Source of the DNA: Octopus bimaculoides | Lineage: Eukaryota | Assembly: GCF_001194135.2 (NCBI RefSeq) | Contig: NC_068985.1 | Span: 62,999,204-63,063,203 of the forward strand | Length of the DNA: 64,000 bases | Reading direction: 5' to 3' | In this document: positions 24,303 through 37,149 of the stretch, in pieces | How the letters are laid out: every line of letters starts with the position of its first letter | Position numbering within the stretch: position 1 is the first letter of the stretch | Notes under the pieces: model-generated | Told to the model about the DNA's origin: nothing | Databases searched by the model: none | What the model saw: the letters and a program-made list of their open reading frames with translations, nothing else | Program-made: the position numbers and the translations under genes

Positions 24303-24495
24303 ATGTATGTATCTGTGTGTATGTGTTTGTGTGTCTGTGTGTGTACCCCCAGCATCGCTTGACAACCGATGGTGGTGTGTTTACCGATAGAATAAGTGCT
24401 AGGCTTACAAAGAATAAGTCCTGGGGTCGATTTGCTCGACAAAAGGTGGTGCTCCAGCACAGCCACAGTCAAATGACTGAAACAAGTAAAAGAGT
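24080..24495 (+). mobile_element. SINE family A, full length, with internal (TA)n(TG)n
   Basis: tRNA-like head (ggctgtgtgg...ggttcagtccc), core ggcaccttgggcaagtgtcttctactatagcc, microsatellite, and tail ggcggtgctccagcatggcc...gaaacaagtaaaagag. Confidence 0.85.
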
Positions 24496-25244
24496 AATAA
24501 AAGAGAAAGATGAAACCGGTTCTATTTGGTTTAATCAATCTCTAAGTTCAGAAACCTTTACACAACCTCTGATGTTTTCTTTGAAAAGATATGTCTTCTA
24601 TACGAAATTTCAGTTATTTGCTGTAGAATTTTCATTTTTACTTTATATTTGGATACTTTGGACATAAACGTTCCTATTCATGAAAAAAAAAAAGCGGACG
24701 GAGCATATTTCAATTCAGAGGAGTGTCGTGGGGATAGTGGATGTTGTGACATGCAAAACAGTAATGCAAAATTTACCTCTTTAAAGTGCTTTGTTTCCTT
24801 TATCAATTTAAAAACTCGTTTTCAACAGCTGTTGTGCGTCGCTTATAGAATATCGATCATTTAAGACTACCATTTAAACCATGTTACAACACTTCGCGTT
24901 TTCTCCGTGTAGCTGAAGGTGTCATAACTACGCTCCGTATTTCTTTTCTTGCATGATAAGGGATTTTTTGATGCTAAAATATCGAAATATGATGTAGAAG
25001 TGTGAACTGTCGTTTTATATTTTGTTTTCAATGCTTTATTTTTAACTTGAATTGTTGTGGCTTTCTTAATTCCCTGCAACACTGTTTTACACAAACTGCA
25101 TTGTAGCGTTGTAAAGAGGAGAGTTAAAGATGACCTCTTCAGCATCTAAACCCAGAGCATACAGCTAAGTTACAAAAACTGCAACACCGTTTGTCCGATG
25201 CTCTAACAACTCTACCACTCATAGTTTATATAACCATTATCAAT

Positions 25245-25460
25245 GAATGCGCGTTGCTTAGTGGGTAGGGTATCCAGCCCATGATTGTAAGGTTGTGATT
25301 TCGATTCCAAGCTGCGCGTTCTGTCCTTGAGCAAGACATATTTTTCATGTTCCTGCAGTCCACTCAGCTGGCAAAAATGAGTTGTACCTGTATACAAAAG
25401 GCCAGCCTTGTCACATTTGTGTGACGCTGAATCTCCCTGAGAACTATGTTAAGGGTCCCA
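25245..25460 (+). mobile_element. SINE family B, 3'-truncated
   Basis: Head gcttagtgggtagggtatcc...gatttcgattcc followed by tgtccttgagcaagaca...ccactcagctggcaaaaatgag. Confidence 0.75.
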
Positions 25461-25494
25461 GTAAACCCTTATTTTGTTCAATATTTTTCATGTT

Positions 25495-25870
25495 TTTATT
25501 ACCTCCGCCTTAGCGAAGGTGGAGGTATCGTTTCCAGTCGTGTTTGTTTGTTTGTCCGTGGACAAGATATCTCAAGAACCGCTGGATTGATTCAGATGAA
25601 ACTTTCAGGGATGTTTGGCCTCGTGACTGGCACGAACTGATTAGATTTTGGAATCAATCTGGTCACCGGACAAGGATTCGGGATTATTTTTCCTGTTTTT
25701 TTTTTTTTACTTAATGTTTGAGAGAGGTCGGGTTAACTTTTAGTATTCTCGTTTGTGAGAGCAGTCGAGTTTATTTCAGATATTCTCATGTTAAAAATCA
25801 TTTCTGGCTAATCGCTGAGAGGACGTTGGTGTTGTCTTGGTAGAGGTTTGCGCTCTGAGTGCTCTTTTAG
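25495..25870 (+). mobile_element. Non-autonomous Helentron-type element (DINE-1/HINE-like)
   Basis: 5' hairpin acctccgcctt-agcg-aaggtggaggt (25501-25526), (GTTT)n, 3' sub-TIR ggtagaggt (25839-25847) and 3' stem-loop gcgctc-t-gagtgc followed by a T-rich end. Confidence 0.7.
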
Positions 25871-26262
25871 CATAAAACACTGAAATAATCAAGGAAACAT
25901 CAGTTAATTTTGGACGTTGGATTTACTCATAATTGGTTGCATATGTACAGTACAGTATAAACATGGTAATTGATGCATAAGCGGGGGGGGGGGGCAACCA
26001 GATATTAAAACTAATGTATATTGTGAAATATACCATAATCTACCATGTGCACGAGTTTCATTAACATTGAGATAGCAGAACCCCAAATATTGGGGTAGCC
26101 TAATACTTTTGGCCAAAGCTGTATATATATATATACACACATGTCAGAAGTAAATATATACCCCATAAAACATCGTTTTCTGTTTATTCTAACTTGTAAA
26201 GTTTTATATTTCTTTTTAATTGACATTTTTATGCTTCAGATTCTATATGTGACTGTTTAATC

Positions 26263-27271
26263 ATGCCATGTACAAAAGAAGCCTTAGAACTGTCTGAATT
26301 TCAAACAGGCCGTATTGTGGGTCATTCTGAAAGTGCATATAGCCAACGTAAAATTGCAGAAAACCTTGGGATCCCGCTTTCGACAGTTAATAGGGTGATT
26401 GTGCATTTCACCAGATAGGGGACGAAGTTCACATCACCTTGTCCAGATCAACCAGGGCCCTCTGACAGGACCCTTCTCTTTGCTAAGAGAAGTGTGGAGG
26501 ATAATCCTCGTTGCAAGACCTCTGACATAGCAGAGCAAGTTGATGTCAGTCCCAGAACAGCTGTCAGGTATCTCCACAAACTTGGTTACTATGGCAGAGT
26601 AGGAAGAAGGAAGCCACATCTTTGACCAGCCAATATGAAGCGGAGAAAAGATTGGGCCAGTGAGATGGTGGAGAGGACATTAGCATTTTGGGACACTGTC
26701 ATATATTCTCCGATGAGTCTAGATTTGCTGTATTTCCTAACAGTGGTCGAGTGTGGGTCTGGAAACTCTGTGATCAAGAATTTGATGTGAAAAGATTGCA
26801 ACCAGCAATGAAACACAGCAGCTATTCTGTGATGGTCTGGGGAACAATTTGGAGCAATGGTTGATCAGAGCTGGTGGAGTGTGAAGGAAAGATAAACTGA
26901 AATAAATATGTGTCCATATTGCAGAAAGGACTTCTTCCAAGCTTCTTCAGTGGGGAAATGATTAAAGAAGACTTTATTTATGGAAGACGGGATTCCTTGT
27001 CACATGGTTAAAATGACCCAAGATTTGTTGGAAAAGAATGGCATTAGAAAGCTTCCATAACCAAGCCAGTCACGAGATTTGAACCCTATTGAACACCTCT
27101 GGGGCATAATGGACAGGACACTTCATAAACAGAACAACAAAGGATTTTTTGAGATTATTGCATGAAACTTAGCAAGAAATTCCGCAATAGAATATTCACC
27201 ATCTGATCAGTAACATGTTTAATATGGTCCTTGCACTGAAAAATGCGAAGAGCATGTCTACTAAATATTAA
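26263..27271 (+). pseudogene. Tc1-like (DD34E) transposase pseudogene
   Basis: [12 protein letters not shown]...[16 protein letters not shown] (HTH), GRVGRRKPHL, FSDESRF, SVMVWGTI, FMEDGIPCH, PSQSRDLNPIEHLW. Several stops and frameshifts. Confidence 0.9.
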
Positions 27272-27549
27272 ATATTCACATTATAACTACTAACAAATAA
27301 TTTGAATGTATAATTTCGGATTTAAATAAATTTTAATGATTATTAGGGTATCTATTTCTTCCATGTCTGTGTATATATATATATACCCTCACACCCCCGC
27401 ACACACCATCACAACTTACCTGCACTTCACCCCTCCATCCACCTCACTACTTCATACCTTCAGACATCGCACATTTATTCGCACACATACACAAATAAGG
27501 ACACACAAACATACATTAATACATACATACATAGACAGATAGACAGATT

Positions 27550-27592
<43 letters not shown>

Positions 27593-27865
27593 CTACGCGC
27601 ACATTCACTTATTTTTGTAGTTTATATGCACACATGACAAACACATATAAACACACACACACACACACANNNNNNNNNNNNNNNNNNNNNNNNNNNNNNN
27701 NNNNNATATATACATATATATATATATGTATATATAATGAATATACTCTATACTGCTCTATAACTATGCATGTAGGCGTTAGTGATATATGTAAGTGTTC
27801 GCGATTGACAAAGTTTATGTGATAGACTTAACTGTTTGCGTTTATATATGCAAACATATATACAT

Positions 27866-27911
<46 letters not shown>

Positions 27912-28589
27912 ACACACACATACACACACATAATTTACAATTTAAAAATCATATATCCGTTTGTAGATAATGTTTGCTATAATCCTGACACAGTGTTAAT
28001 GGAAAGGTTCATTGGAATGGTTTCATGCCACCTCGTCCAAGTAGTTCTGAAGCCTGATAATTTAACAGACCGGATAATGGGAGTTATGCCTTTTTCAATG
28101 CTATTAATGGAATAAATGATAGTGAAGCACTAACAAAAGAAGGTCAAACCTATATCGACAATTTGCTTCGTAGTAATTTTGGATTTTATTTTTTCTATGG
28201 CGTTTGTCTAGTAAGATGTCTGTCTGTCTGTATGTGTGTATAACAACAAAGAAAGAAGCGAAATGATAAGTAAATATGTTGTGTATGTGAAAAAAACTGC
28301 AACCATTGTAATTGCAAAATTATTTCAGATACTTTGCGGTAGAGATCATTCTTCGTTTTCTTCTAGAGTCAAACTATAGCTTCCATGTCCCCGAGACTAT
28401 TTTGACTATTATTAAATGAGCTGGCAGAATCATTAGCACACTCTGGGAAAGGCTTAGTAGTTATTAGGTCCGTCCTTGGGTTCCGAGTTTAAATTCCACC
28501 GAGTTCGGCTTCGCCTTTCATCTTTTCCGATTCGATAGGATAAATACCAGTTGAGCACTGGGATCGATGTAATTGACTTAACTACTCTT

Positions 28590-29182
28590 ACACTTTTACT
28601 CTTTTGCTTGTTTCAGTCATTTGACTGCGGCCATGCTGGAGCACCGCCTTTAATCGAGAAAGTCGACCCCAGGACTTATTCTTTGTAAGCCTAGTACTTA
28701 TTCTATCGGTCTCTTTTTGCCGAACCGCTAAGTTACGGGGGCGTNNNNNNNNNNNNNNNNNNNNNNNNNNNNNNNNNNNNNNNNNNNNNNNNNNNNNNNN
28801 NNNNNNNNNNNNNNNNNNNNNNNNNNNNNNNNNNNNNNNNNNNNNNNNNNNNNNNNNNNNNNNNNNNNNNNNNNNNNNNNNNNNNNNNNNNNNNNNNNNN
28901 NNNNNNNNNNNNNNNNNNNNNNNNNNNNNNNNNNNNNNNNNNNNNNNNNNNNNNNNNNNNNNNNNNNNNNNNNNNNNNNNNNNNNNNNNNNNNNNTATAT
29001 ATATACATACATACATACGACGGGCTTCTTTCAGTTTCCGTCTACCAAATCCACTCACAAGGCTTTGGTCGGCCCGAGGCTATAGTAGAAGACACTTGCC
29101 CAAGGTGCCACGCAGTGGGACTGAACCTGGAACCATGTAGTTGGTAAGCAAGCTACTTACCACACAGCCACTCCTGCGCCTA
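28590..29182 (-). mobile_element. SINE family A (gap inside the internal microsatellite)
   Basis: Head at 29030-29182 and tail at 28590-28744, near-consensus. Confidence 0.85.
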
Positions 29183-29217
29183 TATACTCTTGGGTAAGAG
29201 TATATATAAAAAAAAAA

Positions 29218-29385
29218 CTGCATCTCTCTGCCAAGCCATATGGAGCCAGTGTGACAGAGCAGGCTCATCAAACCAGTATGAGCTCAAGCTCAAATTCAGG
29301 ACTTCCACATCAGAGCGTGGATGGTGAAGAACATACGCTGAGGCCTTTGTCCTGCGATGGACTGAATATAGGAAATCCAGTATAA
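29218..29385 (+). mobile_element. Probable 3' end fragment of an RTE-type LINE ORF
   Basis: One frame reads ...TSERGW*RTYAEAFVLRWTE, resembling the DR..WR..GEAFVLQWT C-terminus of RTE-type RTs, and runs into a microsatellite. Confidence 0.4.
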
Positions 29386-30036
29386 TGTGAGTGAGGGTGT
29401 ATGTTTGTGCATGTGTGTGCTTGTGTTTGTGTGTGTACGTGTGTCTATGTGTGTGAGTGAGTGTGTATGTTAGTGAGTGTGTGAGTGAGTGGGTGAGTGA
29501 GTGAGTGAATGAGTGGGTGAGTGAGTGAGTGTCTGTGTGAGTGAGTGAGTGTGGGGCAAATAGCTTAGCAGTATTTCTTCTAACTTTGTCTTTCTTTAAC
29601 TTCGTCCTTTATCCTTTCAGGTTCGATAAAATAAATATCAATCGAACACTGAGCTCGTTATAATCGACTATCCTTCTGCCACTAGATTTCATCCCTCATG
29701 CCTAGGGAACGAGCTATTCGAATCATTAGCTCCACCAGAGACAAAATTCTGAGTCGCATTTCTTCTGGCTACATACCTTCTGCGTTCAAATTCCATCGTA
29801 GTCCACTTTGCCCTTCATCCTCGCAGGATCGCAAAATTAAGTAGCAGTCAAGCACTGGTGTTAACATAATTCTTTCTCTGAAGAAGGAGCTGGTTTCTAA
29901 CAAAGATAAAACTGGAATGTAAATAACGAAAGCAATGTCACATTTTAAACATGAGAAAAGTCTTGCATAATTTTACTGTTCCACTTACAGATTGAATATT
30001 TAATGTGCGAGTTAGTAGGTTGATTTCTTTTTCGTG

Positions 30037-30113
30037 GGCAGTTTAGCTTAATCGGTCTAGAGCACCGCGACGCGTAATCATGGAGGTGTAAGTCCGAGTC
30101 TCATAGCTGGCCG
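30037..30113 (+). pseudogene. Degenerate tRNA-like sequence (anticodon position CGT, Thr-like)
   Basis: ggcagtt-t-agcttaatcggtctagagc-a-ccgcga-cgcgtaa-tcatgg-aggt-gtaag-tccgagt-ctcat-agctggccg, followed by a T7 run. Stems are imperfect and position 33 is G. Confidence 0.45.
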
Positions 30114-30775
30114 TCAACACTTTTTTCTGCAAAATAGGTGTAGTTTATCCTGTTCAGGCTATATTATTAGCATTATCCTGCGTTTGAGAATTTAAAATCA
30201 CTTCTTTAACTTTTATTTCAACATTTACTTACAAAACCCACGTGTGTGCATCTATTCATATTATAATCTCAGATGGAGAACTTTTGAATGTCTTACAAAT
30301 CTTGACTGTGCCACTAATAGATTGGATTTTGGAGAATTCGCGTCAGTTTCTTTTGCCCTTTCTCTGTGAAACCGAGGATTTCTAGTTTCTTTGTACGAAT
30401 GTGTATGCATGTATGTATGTATGTATGTATGTATGTATGTATGTATGTGTGTATGTGTGTATATATGTATGTATATATGTATTATGTGGAATATATGCAT
30501 GTAAGTATGCTATTTATAATGGCTGTTTCAAGGTTCGCCAATGCTAGCCCGCCGGCCTGTTGCAGTCGTAGAATCGACTAACACTTCTTCTAATTGCGAT
30601 AATATATATTAATTTTACCCCTACATACAGCATTGAATCCTTCATTCATTACGCATTTTATACTTCTTAAGGAAGATATTTCGTATACATACATACATGC
30701 ATATATACATACATACATACATAAATACATACATACATAAATACATACATACATATGCATACGTTTATATGTGTG

Positions 30776-30877
<102 letters not shown>

Positions 30878-31539
30878 CGTTATCTCAATCTCCATCACTC
30901 TCTCTCTCTGTCACTCTTCTCGGTCTCTCGTCTATAAATATGCATATAAGTGACTTTACATTTTCAATCTTGACTTTAACACCGTGATGAAGAAATTTTA
31001 ATATTTTATACCTGAGATCCCCACGTGAGATGGCTAATTAACTCTACGAAAACCGTTTATTTTCTTTGGTGAAGAGGTGACGGATTAGAAATCTCCTGAA
31101 AGCAAACAGCAATGAGATGTTCCTTTCAAATTCTAATTGATAACCAAGTCCTTATATCGAGTAGTGTTAAGTATATTCCCTAGCAACCCTATTTTAATTT
31201 AAACGAAGGTTTATCTTACATTAGAATCACCTTGTGACTAAAGCAGTGAACGCAGTTGGCTTGGTGGTTAGGAGTGTTCCGCTCACGATGATATGATCAT
31301 GAGATCTATTCCTCGATCAAGCAGTGCATTGTTTTTTCGGGAAAGACAGTCTATTTCAACTCAGTTGTAATGCCTATCAACTGTTTTCTTGTAAACACCC
31401 CACCTCTCTCTCTCCTTCTAGCTATCACATCCTGAGTTCTTCACAAGATAAAGGCTGAGAGGGAGTCTAAGTCTATCCACGTTTACATAGTCACCTAAAG
31501 CTATCAGCGGAAGCATGGTCCATATTGGTTTCAAATTTT

Positions 31540-31740
31540 GGCACAAGGACACCAATTTCCGTGGAGGGGATAAGTCGATTACTTCAACTCCAGTACTCAA
31601 CTGATACTTATTTTATCGACCGCAAAAAGATGAAAGATAAAGTCAGCCTCGGTGGAGTTTGAACTCAGAACGTAAAGGTCACACGAAATGCGGCTAAGTA
31701 ACTTGTCCGACGTACTAATGTTTCTGCCAGGTCGACGCTT
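31540..31740 (-). mobile_element. SINE family C copy
   Basis: Reverse-complement match to the family C consensus. Confidence 0.75.
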
Positions 31741-32044
31741 TACAAGCCTGATAAAGATGTCACAATAAACCTTATTAAGACAATAGTAATTCTAATGGTT
31801 TCAAATTTTGACACACGGTCAGAAATTTTAGGGAGTGAGTGTTAGTTGCGAGGTTACATGTTTCATAATTTAAGTTTGCATGTTTTTCGAAATAACTAAG
31901 GGTTGAAGCTGATTAAAGTTTCGTATTAAATATTTGAGAGGATTAGTAATGTTCGTTGATTAATTATCATCTATCCGATAGATAACGATAAATTCTATGG
32001 TTGTCATGCAACATCTTACAAGAAGCAAACTAATTCCATAAATA

Positions 32045-32217
32045 GGCGCTGGATTGGCTGTGTGGTAAGTAGCTTGCTTACTAACCACATGGTTCTGGGT
32101 TCAGTCCTAGTGCGTGGCACCTTGGGCAAGTCTCTTCTACTATAGCCTCGGGCCGACCAAAGCTTTGCGAGTGGATTTGGTAGGCGGAAACTGAAAGAAG
32201 CCCGTTGTATATATGTG

Positions 32218-32254
<37 letters not shown>

Positions 32255-32480
32255 ATGTGTGTGTGTGTGTGTGTGTTTGTGTCTGTATTTGTCCCCTCAA
32301 CATTGCTTGACAACCGATGCTGGTGTGTTTACGTCCCCGTAACTTAGCGGTTCGGCAAAAAGAGACCGATAGAATAAGTACTAGGCTTACAAAGAATAAG
32401 TCCTGGGGTCGATTTGCTCGACTAAAGGCGGTTCTCCAGCATGGCCGCAGTCAAATGACTGAAACAAGTAAAAGAGTAAA
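32045..32480 (+). mobile_element. SINE family A, full length
   Basis: Head, core, (TA)n(TG)n and tail all present. Confidence 0.88.
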
Positions 32481-32664
32481 AGAGAGTATTAACCCGGCGC
32501 AGCATAACGAGTTTACAAGTGTTTATCTGTTTCAGAAGAGAAATTTTAGTTGTATCTAAAACATCATCGCGCTACTTTTCTTCTCGTCTGATTAAATAAT
32601 AATTTTTAATATAACCTGTAACATAGTTGAATATGTCACCCTTGGTGTATATCTGGTCTATTGT

Positions 32665-32990
32665 GAAGGCGCGTAGCTTAGTGGTTAGGGGTATTCGGCT
32701 CATGATGGTAAGGTCGTGAGTTCAATTCCCGGCGACGCGTTGTGTCCTTGAGCAAGACACTTTATTTCACGTTGCTCCGGTCCACTCAGCTGGTAAAAAT
32801 GAGTTGTACCTGTATTTCAAAGGGCCGGCCTTGTCACACTCTGTGTTACGCTAGATCTCCCCGAGAACTACTTTAAGGGTGCACGTGTCTTTGGAGTACT
32901 CAGCCACTTGCACGTTAATTTCACGAGCAAGCTGTTCCGTTTGTCGTATCAGCTGGGACCCTCGTCGTCGCAACCGACGCAGTGTTCCTT
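32665..32990 (+). mobile_element. SINE family B, full length
   Basis: tRNA-like head ggcgcgtagcttagtggttagg...gagttcaattccc, then core and 3' body ending gaccctcgtcgtcgcaaccgacgcagtg. Confidence 0.85.
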
Positions 32991-33249
32991 TATATCTGGT
33001 CCTAGCTTTATCGATACCAGAAAAGGATAGACGTGCATTTCATCTTGGCTGGATTTTCGAAAAGATTTACCTTATTGAGTCTGGAAGCGGGAAAGAGAAG
33101 ATTCCATGGGTTTTCCACGATTTTCAATACTTGGGAGCCTGGTGTCATTGGTGTTCGTTTCAAATTATTGCTAGCAATTAACCACCAGGCAGAAACGAGA
33201 AAAGAGGAATCTTGAGAACCGATCCTCTGAAGATGAATGATTATATATA

Positions 33250-33372
33250 TACAGTCGAGCAAATCGATCCCAGGACTTATTCTATCAGTCTGTTTTGCCG
33301 AACCGCTAAGTTACGGGAGCGTAAACACACCGCCATCGGTTGTCAAGCGAAGTTGGGGGAACAAACACACAA

Positions 33373-33425
<53 letters not shown>

Positions 33426-33540
33426 NNNNNNNNNNNNNNNNNNNNNNNNNNNNNNNNNNNNNNNNNNNNNNNNNNNNNNNNNNNNNNNNNNNNNNNNNNN
33501 NNNNNNNNNNNNNNNNNNNNNNNNNNNNNNNNNNNNNATA

Positions 33541-33591
<51 letters not shown>

Positions 33592-33790
33592 GTATATATA
33601 TATATATACATATGCATATATACGACAGGCTTCTTTCAGTTTCCGTCTACCAAATCCACTCACAAGCCTTTGGTCGGCCCCATGCTATAGTAGAAGACAC
33701 TTGCCCAAGGTACCACGCAGTGGGACTGAACCCGGAACCATGTGGCTGGTAAGCAAGCTACTTACCACACAGCCACTCCTACGCCTATAT
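33250..33790 (-). mobile_element. SINE family A
   Basis: Reverse-complement match; gap in the internal microsatellite. Confidence 0.85.
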
Positions 33791-34311
33791 GTATAAGGTA
33801 TGCATATATATATATATATATATACGCATATGTGTGCGTACGTGCGTGCGTGCTTGCTTGCGTGAGTGTGTGTGCGTGTGAGTATACATACACCATAGGG
33901 TCTACCCAGCATCAACCTAATGACTGCCTAAATATATACGGCATCTGTTGTGCTGAGATTCTGTTTTTTGTACAATAGACTTTATAAATTATTCGTAAAT
34001 GCATCCAGAAATTCTTTGATATTTAATCATATGTACGATATTAAAAGTATTGAATGAAGACGATATATGGCAAGGCGTGTGTTATAAACGTTTCTTTTAT
34101 ATGTGTAATTCGCTTTAACACACCATTACGGATCAAAGCTCATACCAAGCTAACTGTAACGAAAACTACACGTAGATACTTTGTATATATATATTTACAT
34201 AAGCACACATATGCATTACAGACACGCGTACGTATATACACACGCACACACCAGCACGAACACAAATACTTGTTATCTTTATTTACAATGTGGCTTACGT
34301 GTGTGTGTGTG

Positions 34312-34373
<62 letters not shown>

Positions 34374-34829
34374 NNNNNNNNNNNNNNNNNNNNNNNNNNN
34401 NNNNNNNNNNNNNNNNNNNNNNNNNNNNNNNNNNNNNNNNNNNNNNNNNNNNNNNNNNNNNNNNNNNNNNNNNNNNNNNNNNNNNNNNNNNNNNNNNNNN
34501 TATATATATATATATATATATATATATGCATATATATATTTGTAATATATTTATGTATATATATATGTGTGTGTGTATGTATATATATGACATATTCATA
34601 AATATGCATGCTTGTTTACGATATATATATATATATGTATATGTATATGTATATAAATATCTGTATATACACATACAAAGCACACGCGCACAGGCAAAAA
34701 TACACCCATATATACATAAACATATACACACACACACAGACATATATAATGTGCCCCTATGTATCGTAAATAAGCGTGTATATTTATGAATGCGTATGTA
34801 CTTACGTGCCTATGCATCTGTGTATGTGC

Positions 34830-34872
<43 letters not shown>

Positions 34873-35569
34873 TGTTTGTGCGTATGTATCTATGCACGTA
34901 TATATATATATATATATGTATGTGTTATTGTTAGCTACTAATCAAAATTCATTACCAGTTACTCGACAATAAGGCTTCAATGATATGGTTCGTAAAAGAT
35001 TCTGAAATATAAATGAAAATCAATGATACTGCGGTTCTTCGGTACATTTAATCACAGTAATATATTATCTACAGGGGCTAATAATATATACATACTCCAG
35101 TACGACTGTGTGTCTATATACGGGTCTATGTATATAGAATCGTACAAATGTGTATAGCCGCTGTGTGTGCGTGTGCATGCCTTTGTAGAAGTTAATATAA
35201 AGTTACCTGTTAGCTGAGTACATTTCATTTAAATATTCTTATATATGGAGACAGAGATTAATATGAAATTTCTTTTGCATATAAATGCGTCCAGTTGTTT
35301 GTATTCTATTGAGTACACAACCACGGATTTCATGTGTATTTATGTACGTATGTATATATGTATGTGAGTGTATGGATGTGTGTGAGTGTATGTATGTGTA
35401 TGTGCGTATGTGTTTTTGCGCATGTGTCCGTGTATGTGCATAAGTGTGTCGTTCATACACCGTTAAACACACGTATATGTGTATATATACAAAATATACA
35501 CATACGTGCATACATAGGTACATACATACAAACATACATACGTACATACATACATACATACATAAATTC

Positions 35570-35985
35570 TTTTATTCTTTTACTTGTGTCAGGCATTTGA
35601 CTGCGGCTATGCTGGTGCACCACCTTTAGTCGAACAAATCGACACCCCGGACTTATTCTTTGCAAGACTAGTACGCATTATTTCTGCCTCTTTTACCTAA
35701 CCGCTAAGTTGCGGAGACGTAAACACACCAAGATCGGTTGTCAAGCGATGTTGGGGGTACAAACACAGACACACGAACATATACACACACATACACATAT
35801 ATATATATATACATATATACGACAGGCTTTTTTTAGTTTCCGTCTACCAAATCCACTCACAAGGCTTTGGCCGGCCCAAGGCTATAGTAGAAGACACTTG
35901 CCCAAGGTGTCATGCAGTGGGACTGAACCCGGAACCATGTGGTTGGGAAGCAAGCTTATTACCACACAGCCACTCCTGTGCCTAT
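35570..35985 (-). mobile_element. SINE family A
   Basis: Reverse-complement match including head and tail. Confidence 0.85.
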
Positions 35986-36456
35986 ATATGTGTGTGTGTG
36001 AGTATGTATGTATGTATGTATGTATGTATGTATGTATATATATGTATATATATGTATGTATATATATATGTATATATATGGTCGTGGTGAGAGGGATAAC
36101 TCCCTTGGCAAACAGGACACAGTCGTGTGTCGATAAGCCAGCTGGAGGAGATGTCCTCCTGGGGCTAAAAGCAACAGTAACATCCACCCCTAGGGGTCAG
36201 CCACACTTAAGTGGCAATATACTACACTTTATCGTGCAGTTACTGTTAATACTTCATTTAGAGAATTAACATTGCTTGTTTTCACCTTTTCAATATCAGT
36301 GAAGAATNNNNNNNNNNNNNNNNNNNNNNNNNNNNNNNNNNNNNNNNNNNNNNNNNNNNNNNNNNNNNNNNNNNNNNNNNNNNNNNNNNNNNNNNNNNNN
36401 NNNNNNNNNNNNNNNNNNNNNNNNNNNNNNNNNNNNNNNNNNNNNNNNNNNNNNNN

Positions 36457-36519
36457 TCAAATCGTCCAACCCATGCTAGCATGGAAAGCGGACGTTAAAC
36501 GATGATGATGATGATGATG

Positions 36520-36520
<1 letters not shown>
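36457..36520 (+). mobile_element. LINE (RTE-type) 3' tail
   Basis: ccaacccatgctagcatggaaagcggacgttaaac followed by a (GAT)n tail. Confidence 0.55.
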
Positions 36521-36553
<33 letters not shown>

Positions 36554-37149
36554 AATGCATGTACTGTATGCCTTACTATTTTTCCACGATAAATAATTTT
36601 TGTGTGTAATACATAATTGATTATTGATAATTTTCACTAGATTCATTGTAGTCATACTTACTTTTGTTTCGCATTCCTTCATATTTTCGTATAAATTGTA
36701 AACAATAATATTTTACAAGTGTAAGTAGTGAAAGCTCATGTTTGCTTTGCGAGAAAAGAAGGAAAAGTTGTGAATTAATTGCTTTCCTGTTCTTTTGAGA
36801 GGAGAGCGTCAACAAGAAAGACAACACAAACGAGTTGCCAACAGAGAGAGAGACGAATTTTTCTTCTTCCTTTCAGTTATAGTAAAAGCAATGGTATTAG
36901 ACTCTTCGTAACTATTATTGCCTTCGAGAATCGAGAGTCAAAAAGGGAGACAAAATAAACGGGTGAGTAATTAACAGAAAGGCAAAAGAAAGCAATTTTT
37001 TTACTATTTACTTTCAGTCATAGTAAGAGCAGTGGTGTTATTTTCTTTGTAGTTTATTATTTTCGAGAAGGGAGCATTAAAAAGAGGGACAAAACGAAGA
37101 ATTAGTGTGTGGTCAAGAAAGAACAAGACAGGGAAAGCAGATATTTCAC

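Noticed and set aside
24164-24667. Recurrent ORFs such as RRHLPKVPRSGTEPGTMW and KETDRISTRLTKNKSWG
   Set aside because: Translations of non-coding SINE family A sequence.
29236-29385. 49-codon open frame (PYGASVTEQAHQ...) as a host exon
   Set aside because: Another frame better matches an RTE-type RT C-terminus, and the acceptor is weak.
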